Assembly: GCA_963744995.1 (NCBI GenBank) | Contig: CAVUWA010000004.1 | Location: forward strand, 288,001-352,000 | Length of the DNA: 64,000 nt | Reading direction: 5' to 3' | Source: Candidatus Eiseniibacteriota bacterium | GTDB taxonomy: Bacteria; Eisenbacteria; RBG-16-71-46 | In this document: positions 43,468 through 56,291 of the stretch, in pieces | How positions within the stretch are numbered: the stretch's first letter is position 1 | How the letters are laid out: the number at the start of each line of letters is the position of its first letter | Notes under the pieces: generated by a model | Seen by the model: the letters and a program-made list of their open reading frames with translations, nothing else | Told to the model about the DNA's origin: nothing | Database searches by the model: none | Made by a program: the position numbers and the translations under genes

Positions 43468-44553
43468 TTAGGGTCGGCGGGGCGGGCCCATGAAACGCAC
43501 TGCGAGCAGCAGCGAACGGAGCCCGAATACCACGATCGCGGCGTACAGCAGAACCCTCATCCCGGACCGCTCCCAGCCTGCAACCGGCGCTCTGTGAGCG
43601 AGTTCGAGAAAACTGTTGAAGCTCAGCACGAGGGCGACGAGGAGGGTGAGCGACAGGGCGAGCTTGAAACCGGTCCAGAGCCGCCACTCGGTGAGCCGGG
43701 GATCGCGGGGCTTGGGCAAATCGCCCCATTTCGATCCGCGGGTGGACGCATTCTGCAATGCCGGGCCTCCGGGCTGCGCCGTCCGGCGCACCACCCAGAG
43801 CCGCGCCGCGCCGAACATGAACGAGCGGGCTCCCACCGGCTCGAAACCCGCGGCGACGAGGTCCGCTTCGAAGTCGCGGCCGTCACCGAACTCGAAGATC
43901 GATTCGCTGAGGTAGCGGTAGGCGCTCGGATCCGGCGAAAGCCGGCCGAGGAGCGGGATGCCGTGGCGCACGTGGAAGGCGTGAAGCGGCGCGAACGGCC
44001 CGCCCGCCGGAGCGGTCGCCTCGAGCACCGCGAGCGTTCCCCCCGGACGGAGCACGCGGGCGATCTCGGCGAGCGCTTCGGCGCGCGGCCGCAGGTTGCG
44101 CAGCCCGAAGGCGACCGTGACCGCGTCGACCGTGCGGTCCGCGAGCGGCATTCGGAACGCATCGGCGCACGCGAAGCGCGGCGCCCAGCCGCCGCCGCCG
44201 TGGGTGTCGCGGGCGTGCTGCAGCATGCCGAAGCTCACGTCGAGGCCGAGCACGGTGCGCGCCGTACGCCGCATGCCGTCGGCCGAGACGCCGTTGCCGG
44301 TGCACAGATCCACGACGACGGTCGCTTCGTCGGGGACCTGCCGCCACATGACCTCGCGCCAGGCCTCGTCGAGGCCGAGCGTCATCAGCCGGTTGAGCAG
44401 GTCGTAGCGGCCGGAGACGTCGTCGAACATTCCGGCCATCTCGCGCGCGGCGCGCGGCTCGAATCGGGCCGCGTGCGCATCGGCTGCGGTCCCGGCGGCG
44501 GAAGCCGGGCTTCCCTCGGGGTCGGCGGTGGGCGTGGGTTCGGATGGGCTCAT
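43468..44553 (-). CDS. UbiE/MenG-family methyltransferase with a C-terminal two-TM extension
   Basis: MFDDVSGRYDLLNRLMTLG, DLCTGNG, AFGLRN, RVLRPGG, AYRYLSESI; two extra hydrophobic helices at the C-terminus. Confidence 0.85.
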   Translation of the reverse strand: MSPSEPTPTADPEGSPASAAGTAADAHAARFEPRAAREMAGMFDDVSGRYDLLNRLMTLGLDEAWREVMWRQVPDEATVVVDLCTGNGVSADGMRRTARTVLGLDVSFGMLQHARDTHGGGGWAPRFACADAFRMPLADRTVDAVTVAFGLRNLRPRAEALAEIARVLRPGGTLAVLEATAPAGGPFAPLHAFHVRHGIPLLGRLSPDPSAYRYLSESIFEFGDGRDFEADLVAAGFEPVGARSFMFGAARLWVVRRTAQPGGPALQNASTRGSKWGDLPKPRDPRLTEWRLWTGFKLALSLTLLVALVLSFNSFLELAHRAPVAGWERSGMRVLLYAAIVVFGLRSLLLAVRFMGPPRRP

Positions 44554-44598
44554 GGGCGCGGATCCGGCGGTGCCGGCGTGCGGGCCGCCGCGGGAAGG

Positions 44599-44675
44599 TG
44601 GTGCGCCCGACAGGAATCGAACCTGTAACCTTTAGCTCCGGAGGCTAACGCTCTATCCAATTGAGCTACGGGCGC
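44599..44675 (-). tRNA. tRNA-Arg(CCG)
   Basis: GCGCCCGTAGCTCAATTGGATAGAGCGTTAGCCTCCGGAGCTAAAGGTTACAGGTTCGATTCCTGTCGGGCGCACCA: cloverleaf, anticodon CCG, GTTCGA T-loop, encoded CCA. Confidence 0.97.
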
Positions 44676-44743
44676 GCGGCCGGTGTTTATAGCACAGGGC
44701 GCCGGGCGGCGTCACGGCGCGCCCGCGCCTCTGTAGTGAGCAA

Positions 44744-44908
44744 GACTATCTGTCCGCTTTTGGGCGGGCAGGGGTGGCCGCTCCCCTTAGCACCTCGATC
44801 GGACCCACTCGATCTGGTGGGGACCCCGTTGCCTCGGGCGGTTCGACGCCCGCGGCAGGACCATGAAAGAGGCCGCAAAACTTGCCGCCTGAAAGCGGAC
44901 AGATAGTC
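44744..44908. repeat. 165-bp element bounded by perfect 17-bp inverted repeats (REPIN/MITE-like)
   Basis: GACTATCTGTCCGCTTT (44744-44760) / AAAGCGGACAGATAGTC (44892-44908); pairing extends about 10 nt inward with G:T pairs. Confidence 0.8.
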
Positions 44909-44975
44909 GTGTCAAAAGCGGTCACTTAGTCTTGCCAACAACAGGCGCGCCCGCGCCTCCACGCACCGGTCTGCG

Positions 44976-46181
44976 TCAGGCGCCCGGCTCCTTCCCCAGC
45001 ACCCGCAGCACCTCGCTCACGTCCTTGTCGCCGCGCCCCGACAGATTGACGATCACCCTGGCGTCGCGGCCGAGCGCCCTGCCCTCGCGCAGCACCCAGG
45101 CGAGCGCGTGCGAGGACTCGAGCGCCGGCAGGATGCCCTCGAGGCGCGAGAGCTGCTGCAGGGCGTCGAGCGCCTCGGCATCGGTCGCCGACGGGTACTC
45201 GGCGAGGCCCTGCTCGGCGAGCCAGGCGTGCTCGGGGCCGAGCGCCGGGTAGTCGAGCCCGGCCGACACGGAATGGGTCTCGCGGATCATGCCGTTGGCA
45301 TCCTGCAGCACCAGCGTGCGCGTCCCATGCAGCACCCCGACGTTGTGCTCGGGAATGCGTGCCGCGTGGCGCCCGCTGGCCAGCCCCTCGCCCGCCGCCT
45401 CGACGCCGACCTTGCGCACGGCCCGGTCGCCGAGGAACGCGTGGAACAGCCCGATCGCGTTGCTGCCGCCGCCCACGCATGCGACCAGCACGTCGGGCCG
45501 CCCGCCCGCCTGCGCCTCGAACTGCGCGCGGGCCTCCTCCCCGATCACCCGATGGAAGTCGCGCACCATGGTCGGAAACGGATGCGGGCCGAGCACCGAG
45601 CCCAGCACGTAGTGCGTGTCCTGCACGCGCGTCACCCAGTCGCGCATCGCCTCGTTGATCGCGTCCTTCAAGGTGCGGCTGCCCGCGTCCACGCCGCGCA
45701 CCTCGGCGCCGAGCAGCTTCATGCGCTCGACGTTCAGGTGCTGGCGCCGCTCGTCTTCGGTGCCCATGTAGACGACGCACTCGAGGCCGAAGCGCGCCGC
45801 CGCGGCGGCGGTCGCGACGCCGTGCTGGCCGGCGCCGGTTTCGGCGATCACCCGCGGCTTGCCCATGCGTACGGTGAGCAGGCACTGGCCGATGGTGTTG
45901 TTGATCTTGTGGGCGCCGGTGTGGAGCAGATCCTCGCGTTTGAGGAACACGCGGCAGCCCGCGGCTTCGGAGAAGCGCCGCGCTTCGATCAGCGGCGTCG
46001 GCCGGCCGGCGAAGTCGCGCAGCGTGGCGGCGAGCTCGGCTTCGAAGGCTTTGTCGGCACGCGCGCGGCGGTACTCGCGTTCGAGCTCGTCGAGCGCGTG
46101 GACCAGGGTCTCGGGCACGAAGCGGCCGCCGTAGGGGCCGAAGTGGCCGGTGTCGTCGGGACTGGTCGGGGTCGCGCTCAT
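44976..46181 (-). CDS. trpB: Tryptophan synthase beta chain
   Basis: [53 protein letters not shown]. Confidence 0.98.
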   Translation of the reverse strand: MSATPTSPDDTGHFGPYGGRFVPETLVHALDELEREYRRARADKAFEAELAATLRDFAGRPTPLIEARRFSEAAGCRVFLKREDLLHTGAHKINNTIGQCLLTVRMGKPRVIAETGAGQHGVATAAAAARFGLECVVYMGTEDERRQHLNVERMKLLGAEVRGVDAGSRTLKDAINEAMRDWVTRVQDTHYVLGSVLGPHPFPTMVRDFHRVIGEEARAQFEAQAGGRPDVLVACVGGGSNAIGLFHAFLGDRAVRKVGVEAAGEGLASGRHAARIPEHNVGVLHGTRTLVLQDANGMIRETHSVSAGLDYPALGPEHAWLAEQGLAEYPSATDAEALDALQQLSRLEGILPALESSHALAWVLREGRALGRDARVIVNLSGRGDKDVSEVLRVLGKEPGA

Positions 46182-46828
46182 GGCTCCTCGGGGGCGTGGG
46201 TCCGTTCCCAGTTTCGCACGGCGGCGACGTAACGGCGAACCCGTTCGGCGTCCTTCACCCCGGGCGCCGACTCGAGGCGCGACGACGCATCCACGCCGAA
46301 GGCGCGCACGGCGTCGAGCGCGTCGGCGACGTTGTCCGCGTGGAGCCCGCCTGCGAGCATCACCCGGCGCGCCGTGCACAGGGTGCGCGCCGCGCGCCAC
46401 GGAAAGACACGCCCGCTGCCCCCGGCGCGCACCGCGTCGGCCGTGTCGAGCATCAGCAGATGCTGCGCCGCCGGCGGGGCGCCCGCGAGCCGGCCGTCCG
46501 CACCGACCGGCACGACGAACGCCGCCTCGAGCGGAAAGTCCGCGGGCCAGGCGGCCGGATCCACGCGGTGCAGCTGCACCCGCTTCACCCCCGCGCGCTC
46601 GGCCAGCCCCAGCGCCTCGTCGGGGCCCACGCCCACCATCACCGCGACGCCGGTCGCGGCCGGGAATTCGGCCAGGCATTCGGCGGCCCGGCCCGGATCC
46701 ACGGCGCGCGGGCTCACGCCCCTGACGATGAAGCCCAGCCAGTCGGCGCCCGCGGCGACGGCGACGCGCACGTCCTCGGCCCGGGTGAGGCCGCAGACCT
46801 TGACGACGATGCGGGCGCCCGCGCTCAT
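46178..46828 (-). CDS. trpF: Phosphoribosylanthranilate isomerase
   Basis: [41 protein letters not shown]. Confidence 0.93.
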   Translation of the reverse strand: MSAGARIVVKVCGLTRAEDVRVAVAAGADWLGFIVRGVSPRAVDPGRAAECLAEFPAATGVAVMVGVGPDEALGLAERAGVKRVQLHRVDPAAWPADFPLEAAFVVPVGADGRLAGAPPAAQHLLMLDTADAVRAGGSGRVFPWRAARTLCTARRVMLAGGLHADNVADALDAVRAFGVDASSRLESAPGVKDAERVRRYVAAVRNWERTHAPEEP

Positions 46829-47631
46829 CCGCGCGCGGCGGCGGCCAGGGTCTTCAGCGTGGCGGCCGGATCGGCGCTGGTCATGAACACTTCGCCCATC
46901 AGGGCGGCGTCGCAGCGCGTCGCCCGCAGGCGGGTCAGGTCGCCGGGGTCGGAGAGTCCGCTCTCGGCCACCGCGGTGACCATCGGCGGCACGTGCGGCA
47001 GCAGCCGGAGCGAGGTCTCGAGGTCGACTTCGAAAGTGTGGAGATTCCGGTTGTTGATGCCGACCAGCGTGGCGCCCGCCCGCACCGCGCGCATGAGCTC
47101 GACGTCGTCGTGCACCTCGACCAGCGGGTCGAGCCCGAGCAGCTTGGCGTCGCCCGTGAGCTTCTGCAGCTGGACGTCGGACAGCATCGCTGCGAGCAGC
47201 AGCACGCCGTCCGCGCCGCGCACCGCGGCGTCGAGCAACTGGTAGGGATCGAGCACGAAGTCCTTGACGAGCAGCGGCAGCCGCGTGACCGGGCGGACGC
47301 GATCGACCCACTCGAGCTCGCCCTGGAAGTGGTCGGGCTCGGTGACCAGCGAGATCGCCGCGGCGCCGCCGGCCTCGTAGACCTGCGCCATGGCCGGTGG
47401 ATCGACGGAGGCGTTCAGGACCCCCCTGGAGGGCGAAGCGCGCTTCACCTCGCAGAGCAGCCGCAGCGGTTCCGTCGCGGCGCCGCGACGCAGCGCGCGT
47501 TCCAGGCGTCCGGCGGGGGGCGCGGAGCCCAGCCGCTCGCGCAGCACGTACGCGGGCACCCGCGCGGCCAGCTCCTGAATCCGGCGCGCGCGGTCGGCCG
47601 CGATGCGTTCGAGGAACGAGGCGTCAGCCAC
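46825..47631 (-). CDS. trpC: Indole-3-glycerol phosphate synthase
   Basis: [38 protein letters not shown]. Confidence 0.96.
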   Translation of the reverse strand: MADASFLERIAADRARRIQELAARVPAYVLRERLGSAPPAGRLERALRRGAATEPLRLLCEVKRASPSRGVLNASVDPPAMAQVYEAGGAAAISLVTEPDHFQGELEWVDRVRPVTRLPLLVKDFVLDPYQLLDAAVRGADGVLLLAAMLSDVQLQKLTGDAKLLGLDPLVEVHDDVELMRAVRAGATLVGINNRNLHTFEVDLETSLRLLPHVPPMVTAVAESGLSDPGDLTRLRATRCDAALMGEVFMTSADPAATLKTLAAAARG

Positions 47632-48627
47632 GGAAGTTCGCGAGGTCCGCGAGCTTGGCTGCGGCCTTCCCCGAATCGAGCGCCTCCTGCGCCCGGCCGA
47701 TGCCTTCCTCGAGGCCCGGCACCACGCCGGCCACGACCAGTGCCGCGGCGGTGTTGAGCACCACGATGTCGCGCGCCGCGCCCTTCTCGCCGGCGAAGAT
47801 CGCGCGCACGCGCTCGGCGTTCATGCGCGCGGTGCCGCCGGCGATCCCGGCATGGTCTTCGTGCGCCAGCCCGAACGCCGCCGGATCGACCTCGAACTCG
47901 CGGACCTGGCCGTCGGAGAGCTCGGCGACGTGGGTCTTGTCGAACACCGTGAGTTCGTCCATGCCGTCGCGACCGTGCACGACCCAGGCGCGTTCGCTGC
48001 CGAGCTCCTTGAGGACCTGCACGACCGTCGGCACGAGCTCGTCGGCGAACACGCCGAGGAGCTGGCGCTTGGCCCCTGCCGGATTGGTGAGCGGTCCGAG
48101 AATGTTGAAGACCGTACGCACCATGATCTCGCGCCGCGGCCCGGCGGCGTGACGCAGCGCGGTGTGGTAGTTGGGCGCGAACAGGAAGGTGATGCCGAGC
48201 AGATCCAGCGAGCGCGCGGCCTTCCCGGGGGTGATGTCGAGCTTGACCCCGAGCGCCTCGAGGACATCGGCGCTGCCGGTGCGGCTGGAGACGGCGCGGT
48301 TGCCGTGCTTGGCGACGGCCACGCCGCAGGAGGCGGTGGCGATCGCGACCGTCGTCGAGATGTTGAAGCTGCCGGACTTGTCACCGCCGGTGCCGCAGGT
48401 GTCGAGGAGCGGCGCGCGCTTGGTGCGGATCGGCGGAACGCGGGCGCGCATGGCTTCGGCCATGCCGGCGATCTCGTCGGGGGTCTCCCCCTTCATGCGC
48501 AGCGCGACGGCGAACGCCGCGATCTGGGCGGGGGTCGCCTGACCGGCCAGCACCTGCTCCATGCTGGTCCGGGCCAGCTCGCGCGAGAGGTCCTTCCTGA
48601 ATACGGCTTCGGCAATGGCGGTCTGAA

Positions 48628-48631
<4 letters not shown>
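47624..48631 (-). CDS. trpD: Anthranilate phosphoribosyltransferase
   Basis: [42 protein letters not shown] start overlapping the trpG stop. Confidence 0.96.
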
Positions 48632-49214
<583 letters not shown>

Positions 49215-49218
<4 letters not shown>

Positions 49219-50677
49219 TCGGGCCCCCGTTCGGCACGCTGCACGGCCAGCCACAGCGCGCGCCCTTTGTTCAGGGTTTCTTCCCACTCCCGCGCGGGAT
49301 CCGAATCCGCCACGATCCCCGCACCCACGCCCCAGTGCGCCTGGCCGCCGGAATAGACCAGCGTGCGGATCGTGATCGCGAGGTCGAGATTGCCATGGTA
49401 ATCGAAATGGCCCACGGCGCCCGCATAGGCGCCCCGCCGCACGGGCTCCAGGGCGTCGATGATCTCCATGGCCCGCACCTTCGGGGCTCCCGACACGGTG
49501 CCCGCCGGGAAGCACGCGCGCACGATGTCGATGGGGCGCTGGTCGGCGCCGAGCCGCCCGCGCACGTTGGACACCAGGTGCATCACCTGCGAATAGCGCT
49601 CGACGGTCATGTATTCGTTGGTCTCGACGGTGCCGAATTCGGCGACGCGGCCGACGTCGTTGCGGCCGAGGTCCACGAGCATCACGTGCTCGGCGCGTTC
49701 CTTCTCGTCGGCGAGCAGCTCCTCCTCGAGGCGGCGGTCTTCGTCCGCCGTCCGCCCGCGCGGCCGCGTGCCGGCGATCGGCCGCACCTCGACCACGCTG
49801 TCGGTGCGCCGCACCAGCACCTCCGGCGAGGAGCCGACCAGGGCGAGGTCGCCGAGCTTGAGGAAGTACATGTACGGCGACGGATTGGTGACCCGCAGCG
49901 CGCGGTAGCCCTCGAACGCGGGCTGCACGACGTCGGCGGTCATGCGGTGGCTCAGAACCACCTGGAAGATGTCGCCGGCGCGGATGTGCTCCTTCGCGGT
50001 CTCCACCGCGCGCATGAAGTCTGCGCGGCTGACCGACGATGTCGGTTCGGCGGGCGCCCCGCCCCCGGCGGCATCGGTCCAGGCGAGCGGCCGCGCGAGA
50101 CGCTGGACCTCTTCGTCGATCCGCCTGACCGCCGCCGCGTATGCCGCATCGGGATCCTCGCCCGCGCGCGCGTGGGTCACGACCTTCATCGTATGGGTCA
50201 GGTTGTCGAACACGCTGACCACGTCGCCGAACAGGAACACCGCATCCGGGAAGTCCTGGTCGCGGCGCGCATGCGCGGGGAGCTTCTCGAACCAGCGTAC
50301 GGCGTCGTAGCCGAGGTAGCCGACCGCGCCGCCGCAGAAACGCGGCAGCCCGGGCAGCGCGACGGCCTGGTGAGCCTCGAGCAGGCGGCCGAGCACCTCG
50401 ATCGGCGGCCCCTCCTCGTGCGTCACATGGTCGCCGCGCCGCACCTCGCAGGTGTCGCCGCGTGCGGTGAAGACCAGCGAGGGGCGGCTGCCGAGCAGCG
50501 AATAGCGCCCCCACTTCTCGCCGCCCTCGACGCTCTCCAGCAGGAACGAGTAGGCGCCTTCGTCGATCTTGCGGAACGCCGAGACCGGCGTTTCGTGATC
50601 GGCGACGACCTCCCGGTACACCGGGACGAGCTTGCCGCCGCGGGCCAGGGCGCGAAATTCGGAGAGACTCGGAACGA

Positions 50678-50681
<4 letters not shown>
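49215..50681 (-). CDS. trpE: Anthranilate synthase component I
   Basis: [47 protein letters not shown]. Confidence 0.96.
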
Positions 50682-52375
<1,694 letters not shown>

Positions 52376-52377
52376 GG

Positions 52378-53250
52378 CTACATGCTCCGCCTCGCGCTGC
52401 CCTGCCAGCCGAGTTTCATCTGCAGCGCTTTGGCGAACGGCAGCCCCGGGTTCACGATGACGCGCACGCGCGGGCGCTCGAGTCTGAGCTCGATCTCGTC
52501 GCCCTTCTCGAGGGTCACGCTCTCCTGCCCGTCGAACAGGACGACCGTGCGGTCGATGGCATGGATGAAGCGCGCGGTGACCGTGGCGCCGGGCGGCAGC
52601 ACCAGCGAACGACTGGCGATCGAGTGGGCGCATACCGGGGTCACGATCAGCGCCTCGACGTCGGGAGCGGCCACCGGGCCGCCGGCGGACAGCGAATAGG
52701 CCGTCGAGCCGGAGGCGCTCGCCGCGATCAATCCGTCGCCGACGAGGTGGCCGAGCGGGGCACCCATCGCCTCGAGGTCCAGGTGGATCGCCGCGTAGCT
52801 GCCTTTGACCGCGACCTCGTTGAGCGCGCGGCCGCGGTGGATGCGGCGCCCCGCGCGCCGCACGATCGCGCCGACCACACGGCGCGGCTGGATCGGCCAG
52901 CGCCCCGCAACGGTTTCGCGCAGCGCGAGCATCAGGTCCTTCTCGTCGGCGACCGTGAGGAAGCCGAGTCCCCCGTAGTTGACCGGCAGCAGCACGCCCT
53001 TGCGTCCGATGAGCGCGCGCGCGCCCATCAGTGCGGTACCGTCCCCGCCGAGCGTGACCATCACCTGGCACCAGCGCGCGAGCTCGTCGATGTCGTGTCC
53101 GGCGCGGCGCATCGTCGACGCGAGTCCCGCGTGGACGCGAACCTCGCAGCCGCGGCGTGCGAGGTAGCGCCGGGCGTTGGCCGCGGCTCTGGCGACGCCG
53201 GCCCGCCGCGTGTGACCCACGATGGCGACGCGGCGCTTCCCGCGGGTCAT
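52378..53250 (-). CDS. nadK: NAD(+) kinase
   Basis: LGGDGT, GGLGFL, ALNE, GDGLI, GSTAYSLSAGGP. Confidence 0.95.
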   Translation of the reverse strand: MTRGKRRVAIVGHTRRAGVARAAANARRYLARRGCEVRVHAGLASTMRRAGHDIDELARWCQVMVTLGGDGTALMGARALIGRKGVLLPVNYGGLGFLTVADEKDLMLALRETVAGRWPIQPRRVVGAIVRRAGRRIHRGRALNEVAVKGSYAAIHLDLEAMGAPLGHLVGDGLIAASASGSTAYSLSAGGPVAAPDVEALIVTPVCAHSIASRSLVLPPGATVTARFIHAIDRTVVLFDGQESVTLEKGDEIELRLERPRVRVIVNPGLPFAKALQMKLGWQGSARRSM

Positions 53251-55142
53251 GCGAACTGGCGCTGGGCGGCGCGGAGCCAGTCGTGCGCCCGGCGCGCGAT
53301 TCCCTCCGCGTCGAGGCCGACCTCGTGGAGGAGCGCGTCGCGCTTGCCGTGTGCCACGAACGCTTCGGGCAGCCCGATGCGCAGCAGCGGCGTCGTCGCC
53401 AGATCGTGCCGCTCCAGGCACTCGTGCACGGCGCTGCCGAAGCCGCCCGCGAGCACGTTCTCCTCGACCGTGATCAGGCGTCCGACCGAGCGCGCGAGGC
53501 CGGCGATCGCGCGTTCGTCGACCGGGCTCGCGAAGCGCGCGTTGACGACCGTGGCGGAAACTCCCTGCGCGGCGAGCGTCTCGGCGGCGTCGAGCGCCGG
53601 CTGCACCATCGTGCCCAGCGCCAGGATCGCCACGTCGCCGCCCGCGCGCAACTGCTCGGACACGCCGATTTCGAGCAGGCGCGGCGCGTGCACCGGCAGC
53701 TCGTCCTCGGGGATCGCGGCGCGCGGATAGCGCACGGCCACCGTGCCGCCCTGATAGTGCGCGGCGGTCCACAGCATGTCGCGCAGCTCCGTGCCGCTCA
53801 TGGGCTGCATGAGCACGGTGCCGGGGATCATGCGCAGGAAGCCGATGTCGTAGGCGCCGTGCTGCGGGGCGCCGTCCTCGCCCACCAGCCCGGCGCGGTC
53901 CACGCACAGCACGATGCCGAGTCCCTGGACCGCGACGTCGTGGATCACCTGATCGAAACCGCGCTGCAGGAACGTCGAGTAGATCGCGGTGAGCGGCCGG
54001 ATGCCCGCCGAGGCGAGGCCGCCCGAAAACGTCACCGCGTGCTCCTCGGCCATGCCGACGTCGAAGAACCGCTTCGGGAAGCGCTTCGAGAACGGCACGA
54101 GGCCGGTGCCGTCGGTCATCGCCGCGGTCACCGCGACCGCCTCCGGCATCGCCGCGGCGATGTCGATCGCGGTGCGGCCGAAGACGTGCGTGTAGGTCGG
54201 CTTCGAGCCCTTCGCGCTGGCGCCCGTTTCGGGGTCGAACGTGCCGATGCCGTGGAACTTCGTGCGGTCGCCCTCGGCCGGACCGTAGCCGCGACCCTTG
54301 CGCGTCACGACGTGCAGCAGCACCGGCTCGTCGAAACGGCGCAGATCGCTGAGCGTCTCCTCGAGCACGTCGTAGTCATGCCCGTCGATCGGGCCGAAAT
54401 ACTTGATGCCAAGCTCCTCGAACAGCACGCCCGGAACGACCAGACCCTGCAGGCCTTCCTTGATGCGGCTCGCCATCTCGCGCGCGGTCTTGCCGAGGCG
54501 CTGCGGCAGCCTGCCGAGCAGATCCCACACGTCGCGCTCGAGGCCCATGTACATGCGGCTCGTGGTGAGCTTGGTCAGATAGCGGTGCATGGCGCCGATG
54601 TTGGGCGAGATGCTCATCTCGTTGTCGTTGAGGATGATGATCATCCGCTTGCGCAGCTCGCCGACGTTGTTGAGACCCTCGAACGCCATGCCGCCGGTGA
54701 GCGCGCCGTCGCCGATCACGGCGATCACGTGATGCTTCTCCCCGCGCAGATCGCGCGCGACCGCCATGCCGAGCGCCGCGGAGATCGACGTGCTGCCGTG
54801 GCAGGTGCCGAACGGATCGTGTTCGCTCTCGGCTCGATTCGGGTACCCGGCGAGGCCGTGGCGCTGGCGCAGCGTGCCGAACCGGTCGTAGCGGCCGGTG
54901 AGCAGCTTGTGCGGATACGACTGGTGGCCGACGTCCCAGACGATGCGGTCGGCGGGCGAGTCGAACACGCGGTGCAGCGCCATCGCCAGCTCCACGACGC
55001 CCAGGTTCGGGGCGAGGTGGCCGGCGTTGCGCGCGACGGTCTGAACGATGACATGGCGCATCTCGGCCGCCAGCTCGTCGAGCTCGGCGCGTGACAGCTT
55101 TTTGAGGTCGTCCGGGGAGTGAATGTTCTCGAGCAGGCTCAT
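53247..55142 (-). CDS. dxs: 1-deoxy-D-xylulose-5-phosphate synthase
   Basis: WDVGHQSYPHK, IGDGALTGG, LNDNEMSI, DRAGLVGEDG. Confidence 0.98.
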   Translation of the reverse strand: MSLLENIHSPDDLKKLSRAELDELAAEMRHVIVQTVARNAGHLAPNLGVVELAMALHRVFDSPADRIVWDVGHQSYPHKLLTGRYDRFGTLRQRHGLAGYPNRAESEHDPFGTCHGSTSISAALGMAVARDLRGEKHHVIAVIGDGALTGGMAFEGLNNVGELRKRMIIILNDNEMSISPNIGAMHRYLTKLTTSRMYMGLERDVWDLLGRLPQRLGKTAREMASRIKEGLQGLVVPGVLFEELGIKYFGPIDGHDYDVLEETLSDLRRFDEPVLLHVVTRKGRGYGPAEGDRTKFHGIGTFDPETGASAKGSKPTYTHVFGRTAIDIAAAMPEAVAVTAAMTDGTGLVPFSKRFPKRFFDVGMAEEHAVTFSGGLASAGIRPLTAIYSTFLQRGFDQVIHDVAVQGLGIVLCVDRAGLVGEDGAPQHGAYDIGFLRMIPGTVLMQPMSGTELRDMLWTAAHYQGGTVAVRYPRAAIPEDELPVHAPRLLEIGVSEQLRAGGDVAILALGTMVQPALDAAETLAAQGVSATVVNARFASPVDERAIAGLARSVGRLITVEENVLAGGFGSAVHECLERHDLATTPLLRIGLPEAFVAHGKRDALLHEVGLDAEGIARRAHDWLRAAQRQFA

Positions 55143-55567
55143 CAGCGGATCCAGTGCCAGAGGAGCGCGGCGCCGACGCCGAGCAGGGCGCCGACCAGCA
55201 CCTCGAGCGGGGTGTGCCCCAGCAGCTCCATGAGCTTCTGGGTGTCTTCCTCCGGGTGCTTGAAATGCTCGTCGATGAGGCGGTTGAGAATGGCCGCCTG
55301 CCGGCCCGCAGCGCGGCGCAAACCTGCCGCATCATACATGACGATCAGGCTGAAAAACAGCGTGGCGCCGAACACGCCGGAGCGGAATCCCTCGCTGAGG
55401 CCGATCGAGGTGGAGAGGGCCGCGACCGAGGCGGCGTGCGAGCTCGGCATGCCGCCGGTGCCGACGAAACGCTGCAGATCCCACCGTCCGAGGGCGAAAT
55501 AGGCGCGAAATCCCTTGTAGCCCTGGACCGCGAAGCCGGTCCCGAGTGCGAGCCAGAACGATTCCGT
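55142..55567 (-). CDS. Divergent PAP2 family (DUF212) protein with no canonical start codon at the expected position
   Basis: GTGGMPSSH, VMYDAAGLRRAAGRQA, ELLGHTP. The open frame extends to ACG at 55567, just after an in-frame TGA within GAGGTGA. Confidence 0.8.
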   Translation of the reverse strand, partial: TESFWLALGTGFAVQGYKGFRAYFALGRWDLQRFVGTGGMPSSHAASVAALSTSIGLSEGFRSGVFGATLFFSLIVMYDAAGLRRAAGRQAAILNRLIDEHFKHPEEDTQKLMELLGHTPLEVLVGALLGVGAALLWHWIR

Positions 55568-55682
55568 AGGTCACCTCGCGTGGCGTGTGGAGGCCATCCC
55601 TGAACTCTGGGCGCGCACGATACGGACGGCCGCCGGACGGCGCAACCCGGCGACGGGATCGGGCATCGCCCCGGCGGAGGCA

Positions 55683-56228
55683 TCAGCCGACCGGGCGCTC
55701 GTAATCCAGTTCATCGGCGAGCGCTCCGTGGATCACTTCCGCGCCCCGGCGCAGGGCGCCCCGCTCGAAGCCCAGCGATTCGAGCAGGGCGATCGAACGG
55801 CGATTTCGCGGATCCACCGTCGCGCGGACGGTTCGTACGCCCCATGCCTGCCCCAGATGCGCGATCAGCGAGGCGACCGCCTCCCGCGCCAGGCCCCGGC
55901 CCCACGCCTCGACGAACAGCACGTACGCCACGTGCGCCGTTCCGTCGGCATGGACGGTGGCCTGCACCCACCCGACGTGCACCCCGTCGGCGTGCGAGCG
56001 CAGGGCCCAGTTGAGCCATGCCTCGCGCCCGTCCGGCGAGACGCGCGAAGAGAGCCGGCGATAGCGCCGGCGCAGGGCTGCGACCGACTGCGGCGGGGTT
56101 TCCGCGATGAATGCATAGAGTTCCTCGCGCTGGAGTGCCCGGAACAGCAGCGGCGCGTGCGACGCCTCGAGCGGTTCGAGCCGCAGCCGCAGTGTGTCGA
56201 GCGCCTTCATGACGGGCGGCGGGCTCAC
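55683..56228 (-). CDS. RimJ/RimL-type GNAT acetyltransferase
   Basis: TLRLRLEPL, WGRGLAREAV, NRRSIALLESLGF. Confidence 0.88.
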   Translation of the reverse strand: MSPPPVMKALDTLRLRLEPLEASHAPLLFRALQREELYAFIAETPPQSVAALRRRYRRLSSRVSPDGREAWLNWALRSHADGVHVGWVQATVHADGTAHVAYVLFVEAWGRGLAREAVASLIAHLGQAWGVRTVRATVDPRNRRSIALLESLGFERGALRRGAEVIHGALADELDYERPVG

Positions 56229-56291
56229 GTGACGCGCTCCGGCGGCATGGCGTGATGCACGCGGTTCGAGGAGGGTCGGGGCCGCGGCCCG

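Noticed and set aside
44599..44675. Genomic island integrated at tRNA-Arg
   Set aside because: No duplicated tRNA 3' end or integrase was seen; the gene downstream of the tRNA is a ubiE-like housekeeping gene.
55571..55597. Selenocysteine UGA in the PAP2 gene
   Set aside because: The position is in an unconserved N-terminal stretch rather than at a catalytic Cys, and no convincing SECIS-like hairpin was identified after the TGA.
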